Source: an uncultured Gammaproteobacteria bacterium (GTDB taxonomy: Bacteria; Patescibacteriota; Patescibacteriia; Patescibacteriales; UBA12465). Taken from it: DNA of 36,722 nt. The notes under the pieces were generated by a model. That model saw only the letters and a list, made by a program, of their open reading frames with translations, was not told the origin of the DNA and ran no database searches. Made by a program: the position numbers and the translations under genes. Shown here one piece after another: positions 26,055 through 36,028 of this stretch (positions are counted from its first letter, which is position 1; each line of letters begins with the position of its first letter). The stretch is taken from contig CAZLGE010000003.1 in the NCBI GenBank assembly GCA_964559375.1, positions 1 through 36,722 of the forward strand. The letters run 5' to 3'.

Positions 26055-26933
26055 ATGGCGGATATGTTCCCGATAAACGCCGCGTCGCTTCCGGAAGCGG
26101 TCATCAAGACGATCGCTTTCTTCGATTTGTTTGATTACCCGCTTACACCTTTAGAAATTAGGAACTATTTAGGAGAAGATAGGCCTCTTAGTGACGTCCG
26201 TCGGATCTTAAAGAGCACTGATCGGTTGGCCGAGAGGCAGGGCTTTTATTTTTTGGCCGGACGGGAGGAGATCGTCGAAATCAGGCAGCAGCGCCATAAT
26301 TACGCCGCTCGGAAGATTCGGATCGCGCGACGTTTCGCTCGTTTATTTAGTCTCTGCCCCTGGGTGAAGAGTGTTGCCCTCGCTAACTCGATCGGCGCCT
26401 TCAATCTACGCGACGGAAGCGATATTGATTTTTTTATCATCACCGCACCGGGTCGGATCTGGCTCAGCCGTTTGTATTGCACCGGATTGGCCAAGCTGCT
26501 AGGCCGTCGTCCGACCGCTCGGGAGAAGCGTGACAAGATCTGTCTCAGCTTCTATTTGTCGGCTGATCGCCTGGCTATAGGCGATTTGCGCTTAGCAGGA
26601 GCAGATCCATATTTTGATGAGTGGCGTCGTCAGTTAGTTTTATTGTATAATAAAAATAATACTTACGAATGTTTCCTGGCGGCTAATAGACTTTTACCAG
26701 TTGAGGCCGCCGTGGTTTCTGAAACACCTAATCTCAGTAACAGTTTTTTAGAAAGCGCGGCGCGTTTTTGGCAGCTCAGGATAATGCCCGCGGAGTTAAA
26801 GGCCGCCAATCATAGTTCGGACGGAGTGGTGATCAGTGATCAAGTCCTTAAATTTTATCAGCGCGATCGGCGTCGAGAGTTTAGAGAAAAATATGTTCAA
26901 AAAATTCAGGAACTTTTTAAAAAAAACGATTGA
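26055..26933 (+). CDS. Hypothetical protein, possibly nucleotidyltransferase-fold
   Basis: 292 aa. VALANSIGAFNLRDGSDIDFFIIT resembles the pol-beta-type NTase G-S ... D-x-D motif. The functional call is weak. Confidence 0.55.
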   Translation: MADMFPINAASLPEAVIKTIAFFDLFDYPLTPLEIRNYLGEDRPLSDVRRILKSTDRLAERQGFYFLAGREEIVEIRQQRHNYAARKIRIARRFARLFSLCPWVKSVALANSIGAFNLRDGSDIDFFIITAPGRIWLSRLYCTGLAKLLGRRPTAREKRDKICLSFYLSADRLAIGDLRLAGADPYFDEWRRQLVLLYNKNNTYECFLAANRLLPVEAAVVSETPNLSNSFLESAARFWQLRIMPAELKAANHSSDGVVISDQVLKFYQRDRRREFREKYVQKIQELFKKND

Positions 26934-28203
26934 ATATTCTTTTTATTTGTTTGTCTTCCTCTTGCCGTGGCAGACAAAATTGATCTTTCGGCCCGGCGAG
27001 ACAAATTTTACGGAAATTAGTCTCTACCTGAGTCACCTCCTTCTCCTCCTAATCTTGATCGCTTTTTTCATCTGGCAGCTATATCGCCGGGAAGAGGCGG
27101 AGCCCATTTCACCGCTCTGGCTGGCGCTTGCTGTTTTTGAGCTTACCGTCCTCATCTCTTTCTTTTTTGCTCCTGACCAAATTCTGGCTTTTTACCATTA
27201 CGCCCTGCTCCTTATGGGGATAGGTCTTTTTTATATGTTGCGGGCGGGGACATTCAGTTACAGCTATGAAGACAGCCGGCTCGATAGCGCTAAAGTGATC
27301 GGCAGTCTTTTGGTTAGTCTTTTCTTTCAAGCCTCTCTGGGTCTTTATCAATTTCTGATGCAGAGCGCACCGGCCAATAAATACCTCGGTTTGGCAGCGC
27401 ATTATGCCGATATGTCCGGAACGGCTGTCATTGAGACCGCCTCTGGTCGTTGGTTGAGAGCATATGGTGGTTTAGATCACCCCAATATACTGGGCGGAGT
27501 TTTAGCGATTGCTCTCATCGTAACCGCCTATCTTTTGGCCAAGCGTAAGATGATTCGTTCCCGTCGGGAGGCGTTCTCATCGGTTCTCTTGTTTATTTTT
27601 TATTTCATCGCGCTCGCTGCTTTATTTTTCAGTTTTTCCCGTAGCAGCTGGTTAGCTTATTTAATTGGTCTGGCGGTTTTGGCGGTGACGCTTTTTCTAG
27701 CTAAGGATCGTTGGATCTTGGGCCGCTTCCTAGTCCTCCTGTTCTTTTCCGCTTTGATGTTGTTTATCATCGCCTTTCCTTATCGCGAGCTAGTTTTTGC
27801 CCGGACAGCCGGCGTCTGGCAGGGCAGTCGGTTGGAACAGCGGTCGCTTGATGAGCGACAGGAGTATTTGGGCCAGGCGGGAAACATCATTAGGGAAAAT
27901 TGGTTGTTCGGCGTGGGGACAGGCAATTATGTAAAATCGCTGGCCCAGCGCGATTTGGTCCTAAAGGAGGCCTGGTCTTATCAGCCGGTTCATAACTCCT
28001 TCTTGCTTCTCTTAGCGCAAAGTGGCCTTTTGTCTCTTGTTTCTTTCTTGGCTTTTCTCTATTTCTTAATTAAAAAAGACCGCCGAGCGGTTTTTAGCGG
28101 AGCGGTCCTAGCGGGACTGATTGTAATAATGCTTTTTGACCATTGGCTGGTTAGCCTGCCTTTTGGGGTGCTCTTTCTTTTTCTTGTCCTTTCTTGGCTA
28201 TAG
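26893..28203 (+). CDS. O-antigen ligase/Wzy-like polytopic membrane protein
   Basis: About 10-12 TM segments. Wzy_C-like motifs are FSFSRSSWLAYLIG and HNSFLLLLAQSGLL. I chose the ATG at 26893 (MFKKFRNFLKK...) over the track start at 26836. It overlaps the upstream gene by 41 nt. Confidence 0.75.
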   Translation: MFKKFRNFLKKTIEYSFYLFVFLLPWQTKLIFRPGETNFTEISLYLSHLLLLLILIAFFIWQLYRREEAEPISPLWLALAVFELTVLISFFFAPDQILAFYHYALLLMGIGLFYMLRAGTFSYSYEDSRLDSAKVIGSLLVSLFFQASLGLYQFLMQSAPANKYLGLAAHYADMSGTAVIETASGRWLRAYGGLDHPNILGGVLAIALIVTAYLLAKRKMIRSRREAFSSVLLFIFYFIALAALFFSFSRSSWLAYLIGLAVLAVTLFLAKDRWILGRFLVLLFFSALMLFIIAFPYRELVFARTAGVWQGSRLEQRSLDERQEYLGQAGNIIRENWLFGVGTGNYVKSLAQRDLVLKEAWSYQPVHNSFLLLLAQSGLLSLVSFLAFLYFLIKKDRRAVFSGAVLAGLIVIMLFDHWLVSLPFGVLFLFLVLSWL

Positions 28204-28310
28204 CTGATACCGGTTGTCCATCTTCATCAATACGGCCAACGATTTGGTAACGGCTATGTTAGAACGTAAGATTATTCTCTGTGTCTTGTAGGGTTTTGAG
28301 TAAGAGTCTA

Positions 28311-28332
28311 GTCCGGCCAGCCGGGCTTTTTT
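28311..28332 (+). terminator. Intrinsic terminator about 108 nt downstream of the Wzy-like gene
   Basis: gtccgg-ccag-ccgggc (6-bp stem with one G-U pair) followed by tttttt. Confidence 0.65.
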
Positions 28333-28492
28333 AATCTGTTCTTTGACGGAGTTAAGGATAGCGGCAGCCCCCCAAAATAGCTGTTATTCTCGATGTGGCG
28401 TTTTGAATATTGATATTTCCCTTAGGAGATCTTGGTCTTTTGAATTATACCGAGGATTGTGGTAAATTTAAACCACGTTAAACCCTAAATTT

Positions 28493-29758
28493 ATGAATAA
28501 ATATAAAGTAACTCGCCTGTCAAATAAGATTCCGCTCATCGTCGTACCAGTCAAAGGGGCGGCGACGGCGACTGCTCTGGTGATAGTCAAGACCGGTTCG
28601 AAATACGAAAAGCGGAGTATCAACGGACTGTCCCATTTCCTGGAACACATGTTCTTCAAGGGGACAAAGAAGCGGCCCACCGCTCTTGCGCTCTCAAGCG
28701 CCATGGATATCTTGGGTGGAGAGTATAACGCCTTTACTTCCAAAGAGTATACCGGCTACTTTGTAAAGGTCGCTTCGTCAAAATTGAGTCGCGGTCTGGA
28801 AATAATCAGCGACATGCTGCTTCATTCTAAATTCGAAGAAGAAGAGATTGAGCGGGAAAAGGGAGTCATTATCGAAGAGATAAACATGTATGAAGATAAT
28901 CCTCGCCTGCACATCGAAGATGTTTTTGAAGCCTGCCTCTATGGCGACTCGCCGGCTGGCTGGGAGACGATTGGTTCTAAGAATAATATTCGTCGGTTCA
29001 AGCGCGCCAATTTTGTAGATTATTTGGCTCGACAGTATGGGTCCAAGAGTATTAGCCTCATCCTGGCCGGGAATATCCGGGCTGCCGACAAAAAGACCGC
29101 GAGCCGGCTCTTCTCCGCCTTCGGTTCTAATCCCTGGCAGCCTAGCGCCCCGACGCCGGATAAGCAGCGGTCTCCTCGCTTGCGCGGGGCCTACAAGAAG
29201 ATCGATCAGACCAACCTTTCGCTCGGTGTCCGCACCTATCCGATCGGGCATCCCGATGAGTTTAAAGTAAAACTTCTATCGATTATCCTCGGCGGTTCTA
29301 TGAGTTCCCGTTTGTTTATTAGCCTACGCGAGCGGCGCGGATTAGCCTACTCCGTCCACACACTTACCGAAACATATCGCGATGCTGGCTATCTGACGAC
29401 CCAGGCTGGCGTGCCGCGCGCCAAGACTGGCGAGGCTATAAGTATCATCATGGACGAGTACCGGCGCATCAAGGAAGAGTTGGTCCCGGAGAAAGAGCTT
29501 AGGCGGGCTAAAGACATGCTGCAGGGTAAGTCGCTTCTCCAGCTGGAAGCGACGGATAATTTGGCTAACTGGTACGGCCGTCAGTCAGTCTTGCGCTCGC
29601 AGATAATCACGCCGGGAGAATTCTTGCGTCGCGTGAGAGGTGTAACAGCGGCCCAGTTGCGCCAGACTGCCCGGAAAATCTTCGTGAATCGCGGATTGAA
29701 TCTGGCTCTTATCGGTCGCGAGCCGGCCCAGAAATTTAAATCGACTCTTAAATTTTAA
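28493..29758 (+). CDS. M16-family (pitrilysin-like) zinc peptidase
   Basis: 421 aa. The inverted zinc motif HFLEH is followed by MFFKGT and the downstream Glu region (EREKGVIIEEI). Confidence 0.88.
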   Translation: MNKYKVTRLSNKIPLIVVPVKGAATATALVIVKTGSKYEKRSINGLSHFLEHMFFKGTKKRPTALALSSAMDILGGEYNAFTSKEYTGYFVKVASSKLSRGLEIISDMLLHSKFEEEEIEREKGVIIEEINMYEDNPRLHIEDVFEACLYGDSPAGWETIGSKNNIRRFKRANFVDYLARQYGSKSISLILAGNIRAADKKTASRLFSAFGSNPWQPSAPTPDKQRSPRLRGAYKKIDQTNLSLGVRTYPIGHPDEFKVKLLSIILGGSMSSRLFISLRERRGLAYSVHTLTETYRDAGYLTTQAGVPRAKTGEAISIIMDEYRRIKEELVPEKELRRAKDMLQGKSLLQLEATDNLANWYGRQSVLRSQIITPGEFLRRVRGVTAAQLRQTARKIFVNRGLNLALIGREPAQKFKSTLKF

Positions 29759-29760
29759 TC

Positions 29761-32700
29761 ATGGCGGAGCTCCTTAGCCAACTGAACCCCGCTCAGCATC
29801 AGGCCGCCACCCACGAGGACGGGCCGCTACTTATCGTTGCTGGGGCCGGGACGGGGAAGACGACAGTTCTTGTGAACCGCCTGGCTTACCTGGCGGTAGA
29901 GAAGAAGATCCCGACGGACAATCTTCTTCTTTTGACTTTTACGGAGAAAGCCGCTGGTGAGATGGAAGAGCGAGCCGATAAGATTCTGCCGTACGGCTAC
30001 GTCGACCTTTGGATCAGTACCTTTCACAGTTTCGGGGAACGCGTGCTCAGAGAGTTCGGGCTCGACATTGGCCTGGGTGCCGGCTTCCGGCTGCTGACCG
30101 AAACCGACCAGTGGGTGCTCATCAAGAAGAATCTCGACCGTTTCCGTCTCGATTATTATCGTCCACTCGGCAACCCCACCAAGTTCATCTCCGAACTCAT
30201 CAAGCACTTTTCCCGCCTCAAGGACGAGAATATTTCGCCGGCCGAATATCTGAAACACGTTGAGGAGTTGGAGTCTGACCAGGATAACCGACTGGGCGGA
30301 CAGAGCATCGGCAAGCGGGCGCCGGCCGAAGGTGAGGCAATGGAGATCGGCCGCCTCAAGGAGCTGGCCGAAGCTTATCATACTTACAACGAGCTCCTAG
30401 TCGAGAACAATCTGCTAGATTTTGGCGATTTAATCCTTTATACTTTGAAACTTTTTAGGGAACGGCCCAACATCCTAGAGTTTTACCGACGGAAGTTCCG
30501 CTATATCATGGTCGACGAATTTCAAGATACGAATTGGGCACAGTATGAGCTGGTCAAGTTGCTGGCGGCGCCCGGAAACAACCTGGTCGTGGTCGGAGAC
30601 GATGATCAGTGCCTGCCTGGCGATACTTTAGTCTTGACCAAGCAGGGAGAGAAAAAGATCAGGATGATTAAGACCGGGGATGAAGTGGCTACGGCCGTCG
30701 GTCGGGGCAGTTTGGGCTATAGTCGTGTTAATCAGGTCAGCCGTAATAAAAAGACGGCTCGGTTTTTGACTTTTACCACAAAGTCAGGGCGGAAGATTAC
30801 CGCGACTGATAATCATAAGTTTTTTTGTTTTACGCCGCGCATATCCGGCCGCAAACACTACTATGTCTACCTGATGTATAAACAGGGCTTAGGTTGGCGC
30901 TTAGGCATGACGAGCGACCTGGCCACGCGCCTCCGCTTGGAAAGGGGAGGCGATAAGATAATAGCGGTCAGTCATCATAATATTCTCGAAGAAGCCAGAT
31001 ACAACGAGGTATTCTTGTCGCTGAGTTATGGTATCCCGACCGGCTGTTTTCAGGAGAGAGACGGCATAATGGATAAGAAAAAATGGAGTGAGCGTCTTTA
31101 TAAAGAATTAAAAACAGAAGATGGAGTTCGGCGCCTGGCCCGTGATTTGCATATCGATTTGGCTTCGCCACCCTATACCCTGGAAGCGGTGAACCGCGGC
31201 AGTAAGTTGCGCCTCAAGATAAATTTGGAAATGTGTCATCGCAATTACCCTTCTAAAACAGCCCGTAGGGGCTGGATGTCTGCCCCGCAGATATCTCATA
31301 ATTTAACGATCGATACCAGTGACCAGATGGCCATCTTAAAGTTAGAAAAGATGGGTTTTAAGTTGAAAAAAAGTATCGCTGGAAAAAGACTGCGTCTGTA
31401 TGACAGAGATCTAAAATATCTAGGCAAAGTCGCTCGCCAGATACAACAGGAGATTGGCGGGTTTATTGAGCCGCAGATGCGGATCGCTAGAGTTAAAGAA
31501 AAATATTTAAAAGCCCTGGTTATCCCGGCCAAGAATATTTTTCCCGGCATGTTTTTGCCGGTCGTGACCGGTGAGGGTTTAGTATATGAAGAAGTGGCGG
31601 GGCGGGTGGAAAAGAGGCGGACGGCTACTGTTTATGATTTAGAAATCGAGCGAACCCATAATTTTATAGCTAACGGCATTGCGGTCCATAATTCCATATA
31701 TAAATTCAGGGGCGCTTCTTTGTCCAACATACTACAGTTTAAAGACGATTATCCATCCACCCGAGAGATAGTTTTAAGTGAGAATTACCGTTCTCGTCAG
31801 GAGATCTTGGATCAAGCCTATGATTTTATCCAGCACAACAATCCTAATCGTCTGGAAATAAAACTGAAAACTTCTAAACGCCTTTTGGCTAAAGGGCTTG
31901 TCTCCAAGAAGATATGTCCGGAGCCGGGGGTCCAATATTTAAATTTTGATTCCCACGCTGACGAAGTCTCTTACGTCGTGCAGAAGATCGCCGCTCTCTA
32001 TGAAGCGGGCCAAGCGGAAGGAACTAGTTGGTCGGACTTTGCCATCTTAGTCCGGGCGAACGATACAGCTGAGGCCTATGTTAAAGAATTGAGCCGCCGG
32101 AATATTCCCAATCAGTTCATGTCCTGGCGCGGCCTCTATTATAAGCCGCTCATCCTCGATATCCTGGCCTATTTTCGCCTGCTTGATAATTACCACGAGT
32201 CGGCCGCCCTGTTCCGTGTCCTGAATATGGAAGCTTTTAAGGTTTCCCATCCGGACCTTATTACGATTAATAAGATGGCGGCGCGCAAAGTCTGGTCGCT
32301 CTACGAAGCGCTTAAGAATGTGAATGCGATCCCGGCTGTAGACGCTAAAAGCGTGAACAATATAAACAAACTACTGTCGCTTATCGAGCGTCATTCGCAG
32401 CTAGCGGCGACGGCTAAGCCGACTAAGCTCTTTTTACACTTTGCCTATGACTCTGGCTTGCTTGCCAATTTGGATCGCGATCGAGATGTCGAGCTGTTTT
32501 CTTATCTCAACCAATTCTATCAGAAGATCAAGAAGTTGGAGGAAGCCGAGCCAGATTTGCGACTTAAAGATTTTTTGGCGACCATCAATTTAGAACTTGA
32601 GGCGGGCGAGACTGGCGCCCTCAAGCTCGACTTCGCGGACAGTGACACTGTCCGCATCATGACTGTTCATGGTGCCAAGGGGCTGGAATTTCCTTATGTA

Positions 32701-33864
32701 TTCCTTGTGAACCTGGTTGATAAGAAGTTCCCGACCATCACTCGGAGTGAGAAAATTTCCATCCCCGATGCCCTGGTCCGGGAGAAGATCGCGGCGGAAG
32801 CGAAAGAAAGAACAGCCAGCCACTGGGAAGAAGAACGGCGGCTATTCTATGTCGCCTTAACCCGCGCTAAGATTGGGCTCTATCTAACTGGCGCTAAAGA
32901 TTACGGCGGTCTCCGGGAGAAGAAACCCTCGCGATTCATAACGGAGCTGGGGATAGCGAGCGGAACAGTGCCGGAATTACTGCTTAGCGAGAAGAACGAA
33001 TTCCTGCGCGATCTCCATCACTTGAATTCGCGCCCTCTTACTCTGAGTCGTCCCCAGGCGCTGGAAGACAAGTATCCTTTGCCGGAAAAATTTTCCTTTT
33101 CGCAGTTGGCCGCCTATTCCACTTGTCCGCTCCAATATAAATTCGCTTTCGTTCTCAGGGTACCGGTTCCCGGCGACAAGGCCTCGTTCATTTTTGGTCG
33201 TGTCCTCCATAACACCTTGTACAATTTTTTCTTACCGCTTCTGGACGAGCGTCGCCAAGCGAACTTATTTTCCGGTTTAGCCGAGACGAACAAGAAAGCG
33301 GTCCCCGAGCTTATCAGTGAGAAGCGTCTTCTGGAGATATATTCCGAGTTCTGGCAGCCCGACGGTTACGCTTCAAAAGACGAACGGGATAAATATCAGG
33401 CCAAGGGGCGGGCCGCTCTCCAGAAATTCTGGGAATCATATCGTGCTGCGTCCGCTCCGGAGATTATGTTTCTGGAAAAGAAATTTTCTTTTAAGCTAGG
33501 AAGCGACGTCATCAAGGGGACGATTGATCGCGTCGACAAACTATCCGACAGTACTCTCGAGATCATCGATTACAAGACGGGCCAAAGCAAGGAGAAGTTA
33601 GAATTTGCCGATAAGCGGCAGCTCATCCTCTATCAGCTATTTTTGGAAGAGTTTCTGGGTAAGCCAGTTAGCGTACTCAGTTTCTATTATCTGGAGAGCG
33701 GCGAGAAGCTTAGTTTTCAGGCGACCGAGAAGGACTTCACCAAGCTCCGCCTAGAGATGACGGCTCAGATTGCCGCGATCAAGCGGCGGGAGTTTGCCCC
33801 GACCCCGTCACTCATGTGCCGCTACTGTGATTTTCGCGATATTTGCGAGTTTCGTCAGGTTTAA
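29761..33864 (+). CDS. UvrD/PcrA-type SF1 helicase fused to a C-terminal AddB/Cas4-type PD-(D/E)xK Fe-S nuclease, interrupted by an intein
   Basis: 1367 aa. Helicase motifs are I (AGAGTGKTT), Ia (TFT), II (VDEFQDT), III split as VVGDDDQ | [11 protein letters not shown] ([18 protein letters not shown]). The nuclease domain (aa ~1110-1367; 33088..33861) has C1122, IDRVD...[13 protein letters not shown] and [10 protein letters not shown]. Without the intein the protein is 1006 aa. Confidence 0.9.
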   Translation: MAELLSQLNPAQHQAATHEDGPLLIVAGAGTGKTTVLVNRLAYLAVEKKIPTDNLLLLTFTEKAAGEMEERADKILPYGYVDLWISTFHSFGERVLREFGLDIGLGAGFRLLTETDQWVLIKKNLDRFRLDYYRPLGNPTKFISELIKHFSRLKDENISPAEYLKHVEELESDQDNRLGGQSIGKRAPAEGEAMEIGRLKELAEAYHTYNELLVENNLLDFGDLILYTLKLFRERPNILEFYRRKFRYIMVDEFQDTNWAQYELVKLLAAPGNNLVVVGDDDQCLPGDTLVLTKQGEKKIRMIKTGDEVATAVGRGSLGYSRVNQVSRNKKTARFLTFTTKSGRKITATDNHKFFCFTPRISGRKHYYVYLMYKQGLGWRLGMTSDLATRLRLERGGDKIIAVSHHNILEEARYNEVFLSLSYGIPTGCFQERDGIMDKKKWSERLYKELKTEDGVRRLARDLHIDLASPPYTLEAVNRGSKLRLKINLEMCHRNYPSKTARRGWMSAPQISHNLTIDTSDQMAILKLEKMGFKLKKSIAGKRLRLYDRDLKYLGKVARQIQQEIGGFIEPQMRIARVKEKYLKALVIPAKNIFPGMFLPVVTGEGLVYEEVAGRVEKRRTATVYDLEIERTHNFIANGIAVHNSIYKFRGASLSNILQFKDDYPSTREIVLSENYRSRQEILDQAYDFIQHNNPNRLEIKLKTSKRLLAKGLVSKKICPEPGVQYLNFDSHADEVSYVVQKIAALYEAGQAEGTSWSDFAILVRANDTAEAYVKELSRRNIPNQFMSWRGLYYKPLILDILAYFRLLDNYHESAALFRVLNMEAFKVSHPDLITINKMAARKVWSLYEALKNVNAIPAVDAKSVNNINKLLSLIERHSQLAATAKPTKLFLHFAYDSGLLANLDRDRDVELFSYLNQFYQKIKKLEEAEPDLRLKDFLATINLELEAGETGALKLDFADSDTVRIMTVHGAKGLEFPYVFLVNLVDKKFPTITRSEKISIPDALVREKIAAEAKERTASHWEEERRLFYVALTRAKIGLYLTGAKDYGGLREKKPSRFITELGIASGTVPELLLSEKNEFLRDLHHLNSRPLTLSRPQALEDKYPLPEKFSFSQLAAYSTCPLQYKFAFVLRVPVPGDKASFIFGRVLHNTLYNFFLPLLDERRQANLFSGLAETNKKAVPELISEKRLLEIYSEFWQPDGYASKDERDKYQAKGRAALQKFWESYRAASAPEIMFLEKKFSFKLGSDVIKGTIDRVDKLSDSTLEIIDYKTGQSKEKLEFADKRQLILYQLFLEEFLGKPVSVLSFYYLESGEKLSFQATEKDFTKLRLEMTAQIAAIKRREFAPTPSLMCRYCDFRDICEFRQV
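30610..31692 (+). mobile_element. Intein (361 aa) inserted in helicase motif III
   Basis: In frame and bounded by ...DDDQ | [10 protein letters not shown] ... NGIAVHN | SIYKFRGA. Cys1 is at 30610, block B TxxH is ITATDNH, block G is [13 protein letters not shown], and the +1 residue is Ser at 31693. Removing it restores the canonical [14 protein letters not shown]. Confidence 0.88.
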
Positions 33865-33878
33865 GATACAATTATTAT

Positions 33879-34901
33879 ATGACTACCACTAATGACCGCC
33901 TGATCAGCCCCATCGAACGTCAGGGTGACGAGACCCTGGATACTTCTTTGCGCCCTAAGACCCTGGCGGAATATGTCGGCCAGGAGAAGATCAAAGAGAA
34001 TCTAGCGATTACAATTGGCGCGGCCAAGAAACGCCAGGAACCGATTGAGCATGTCCTCCTTTACGGTGCGCCCGGTTTAGGTAAGACAACGCTTGCTCAT
34101 GTCATAGCTAAAGAGATCGGGGCGGATATCCGGGTCACTTCGGGGCCAGCCATTGAGAAGAGCGGCGACCTAGCTGCCATTCTCACCAACCTGGAGCAGG
34201 GCGATATCTTGTTTATCGACGAGATCCATCGCTTGCCCAAGGCTGTTGAAGAGATTCTTTATCCGGCGATGGAAGATTATGCTCTCGATATTATCATGGG
34301 TAAGGGGCCGAGTGCCCGCACCTTGCGTCTCGATCTCCCGAAGTTCACGATTATCGGCGCGACAACTCTCGCTAGTCTGTTGTCCTCTCCTTTGCGCGAT
34401 CGTTTTGGCATCACTTATCATCTCAATTTCTACGAAACGGCCGATCTTTCCCGGATCATTGCCCGGAGTGCGGGCATCTTAGGCGTAGAGATCGACGATG
34501 ACGCCCGCGAGGAGATCGCTCGGCGTAGCCGGCGTACCCCGCGCATCGCTAATCGCCTCTTGAAGAGGGTGCGGGACTATTGCGATATGAAGGGCGACGG
34601 GCGCATTTCTCTAAAAGACAGCCTGGAAGCGTTTAAGATGCTCGAAGTGGATAGCCTGGGGCTCGATCTCGTGGACCGGCGCATCTTGGAAACGATCGTG
34701 AACAAATTTCAGGGTGGACCGGTTGGTCTGAATACTCTGGCCGCCGCGACTGGGGAAGAGATGGACACCATTGAGAACATATACGAGCCTTATCTGATGC
34801 AGCTCGGCTTCCTCGACCGCTCACCGCGTGGTCGGCTTGTGACCGCCTTAGGCTACCAGCACTTGGGGCTCAAGGAGCCGGGGACGGTCAAATTGGTTTG
34901 A
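33879..34901 (+). CDS. ruvB: Holliday junction branch migration DNA helicase RuvB
   Basis: [19 protein letters not shown], Walker [10 protein letters not shown], Walker [10 protein letters not shown] and sensor GATT are present. I chose the ATG at 33879 (MTTTNDRL...) because the track start at 33843 overlaps the helicase gene. Confidence 0.92.
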   Translation: MTTTNDRLISPIERQGDETLDTSLRPKTLAEYVGQEKIKENLAITIGAAKKRQEPIEHVLLYGAPGLGKTTLAHVIAKEIGADIRVTSGPAIEKSGDLAAILTNLEQGDILFIDEIHRLPKAVEEILYPAMEDYALDIIMGKGPSARTLRLDLPKFTIIGATTLASLLSSPLRDRFGITYHLNFYETADLSRIIARSAGILGVEIDDDAREEIARRSRRTPRIANRLLKRVRDYCDMKGDGRISLKDSLEAFKMLEVDSLGLDLVDRRILETIVNKFQGGPVGLNTLAAATGEEMDTIENIYEPYLMQLGFLDRSPRGRLVTALGYQHLGLKEPGTVKLV

Positions 34902-35935
34902 TTATGGATTACAGAGTCGAAGATTTCAATTATTACCTTCCTCCGGAACTGATCGCTCAGACACCGGTTAAACCGCGGGACCACTCGCGGCTTTTGTTGC
35001 TTGATAAGAAAAAAGGGAAGACGGATCAGGCTCATTTTTATGACCTACCTGATTATCTGCAGGCCGGTGACGTTCTGGTCCTTAATGACTCTAAAGTTTT
35101 TCCCGCTCGGTTGATCGGCCATAAGGCCAGCGGCGGCCGGATAGAGATTTTTCTCCACCAGCCCATTAGAGGAGCGCTCTGGGAGTGCCTGATTGGCGGA
35201 CGTATCAGGGAGGGGATCAAGGTCATGTTTTCCAGCGGGCTGTCGGCGACGGTGGCTAAGGATAATGAAGACGGTACGTGGCAGGTAAAGTTTGATCGGA
35301 GCGGTGCCCGCTTCTGGCGAGTGATCAACCGCATCGGTCTTGTGCCACTGCCACCCTATATCAAGCGCCCCATCAAGACGGTAAGCGATAAGGCGGACTA
35401 TCAGACGGTTTTTGCGGATCCGGCGAAGGCCGGTTCGGTTGCGGCCCCGACGGCAGGTCGGCATTTTACCAGACGTCTACTCAAGCGCCTGGCCGCGCGC
35501 GGCGTAAAGATTGTATATGTTACCCTGCATGTCGGTTTGGGTACTTTCGCGCCTGTCAAAGTCCAGAAGATAAGCGACCATAAGATGCACAGCGAGCTGG
35601 CCGAAGTCGGTGTGTCAGAGGTTCGGACTATCCGTCAGGCCAAGGCCGAAGGGCGACGGATAGTTGCCGTAGGCACGACGAGCGCCCGGACGCTGGAATC
35701 GCTTGATCTGGCTAAAACTAGGAAGCAGACCTTCCGGACCGATATCTTCATCTATCCGGGTTATAAGTTCCGGCTAGTCGATGCCCTGATCACCAATTTT
35801 CACTTGCCACAGTCTACCCTTCTTATGCTCGTGAGTGCTTTAGCAGGAAAAGCCAATATTGACAAGGCTTATCAGGAAGCCATCCGTCAGCGCTATCGCT
35901 TCTTCAGCTACGGTGATGTGATGTTTATTTACTAA
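34898..35935 (+). CDS. queA: S-adenosylmethionine:tRNA ribosyltransferase-isomerase
   Basis: [49 protein letters not shown] and [18 protein letters not shown] are present. The start is either TTG at 34898 (overlapping the ruvB TGA) or ATG at 34904. Confidence 0.9.
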   Translation: MIMDYRVEDFNYYLPPELIAQTPVKPRDHSRLLLLDKKKGKTDQAHFYDLPDYLQAGDVLVLNDSKVFPARLIGHKASGGRIEIFLHQPIRGALWECLIGGRIREGIKVMFSSGLSATVAKDNEDGTWQVKFDRSGARFWRVINRIGLVPLPPYIKRPIKTVSDKADYQTVFADPAKAGSVAAPTAGRHFTRRLLKRLAARGVKIVYVTLHVGLGTFAPVKVQKISDHKMHSELAEVGVSEVRTIRQAKAEGRRIVAVGTTSARTLESLDLAKTRKQTFRTDIFIYPGYKFRLVDALITNFHLPQSTLLMLVSALAGKANIDKAYQEAIRQRYRFFSYGDVMFIY

Positions 35936-35955
35936 TATAAGAGTAAATAAGCCAT

Positions 35956-35984
35956 TTGATTTTTTTATGATTTTCTGATATAGT
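35956..35984 (+). promoter_or_regulatory. Candidate sigma-70-like promoter for lepB
   Basis: TTGATT (35956..35961), 17-nt spacer, TATAGT (35979..35984), 45 nt upstream of the ATG at 36029. Confidence 0.45.
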
Positions 35985-36028
35985 AGGAGACGTTATCAGC
36001 CGTTACTAGGTGTTTTTAATATATAGAT

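Noticed and set aside
33843-33878. The track start for ruvB at 33843, and similarly 26836 for the Wzy-like gene.
   Set aside because: Both are alternative-codon extensions that overlap the 3' end of the preceding gene and add residues not expected in the family. The internal ATGs at 33879 and 26893 give standard N-termini.
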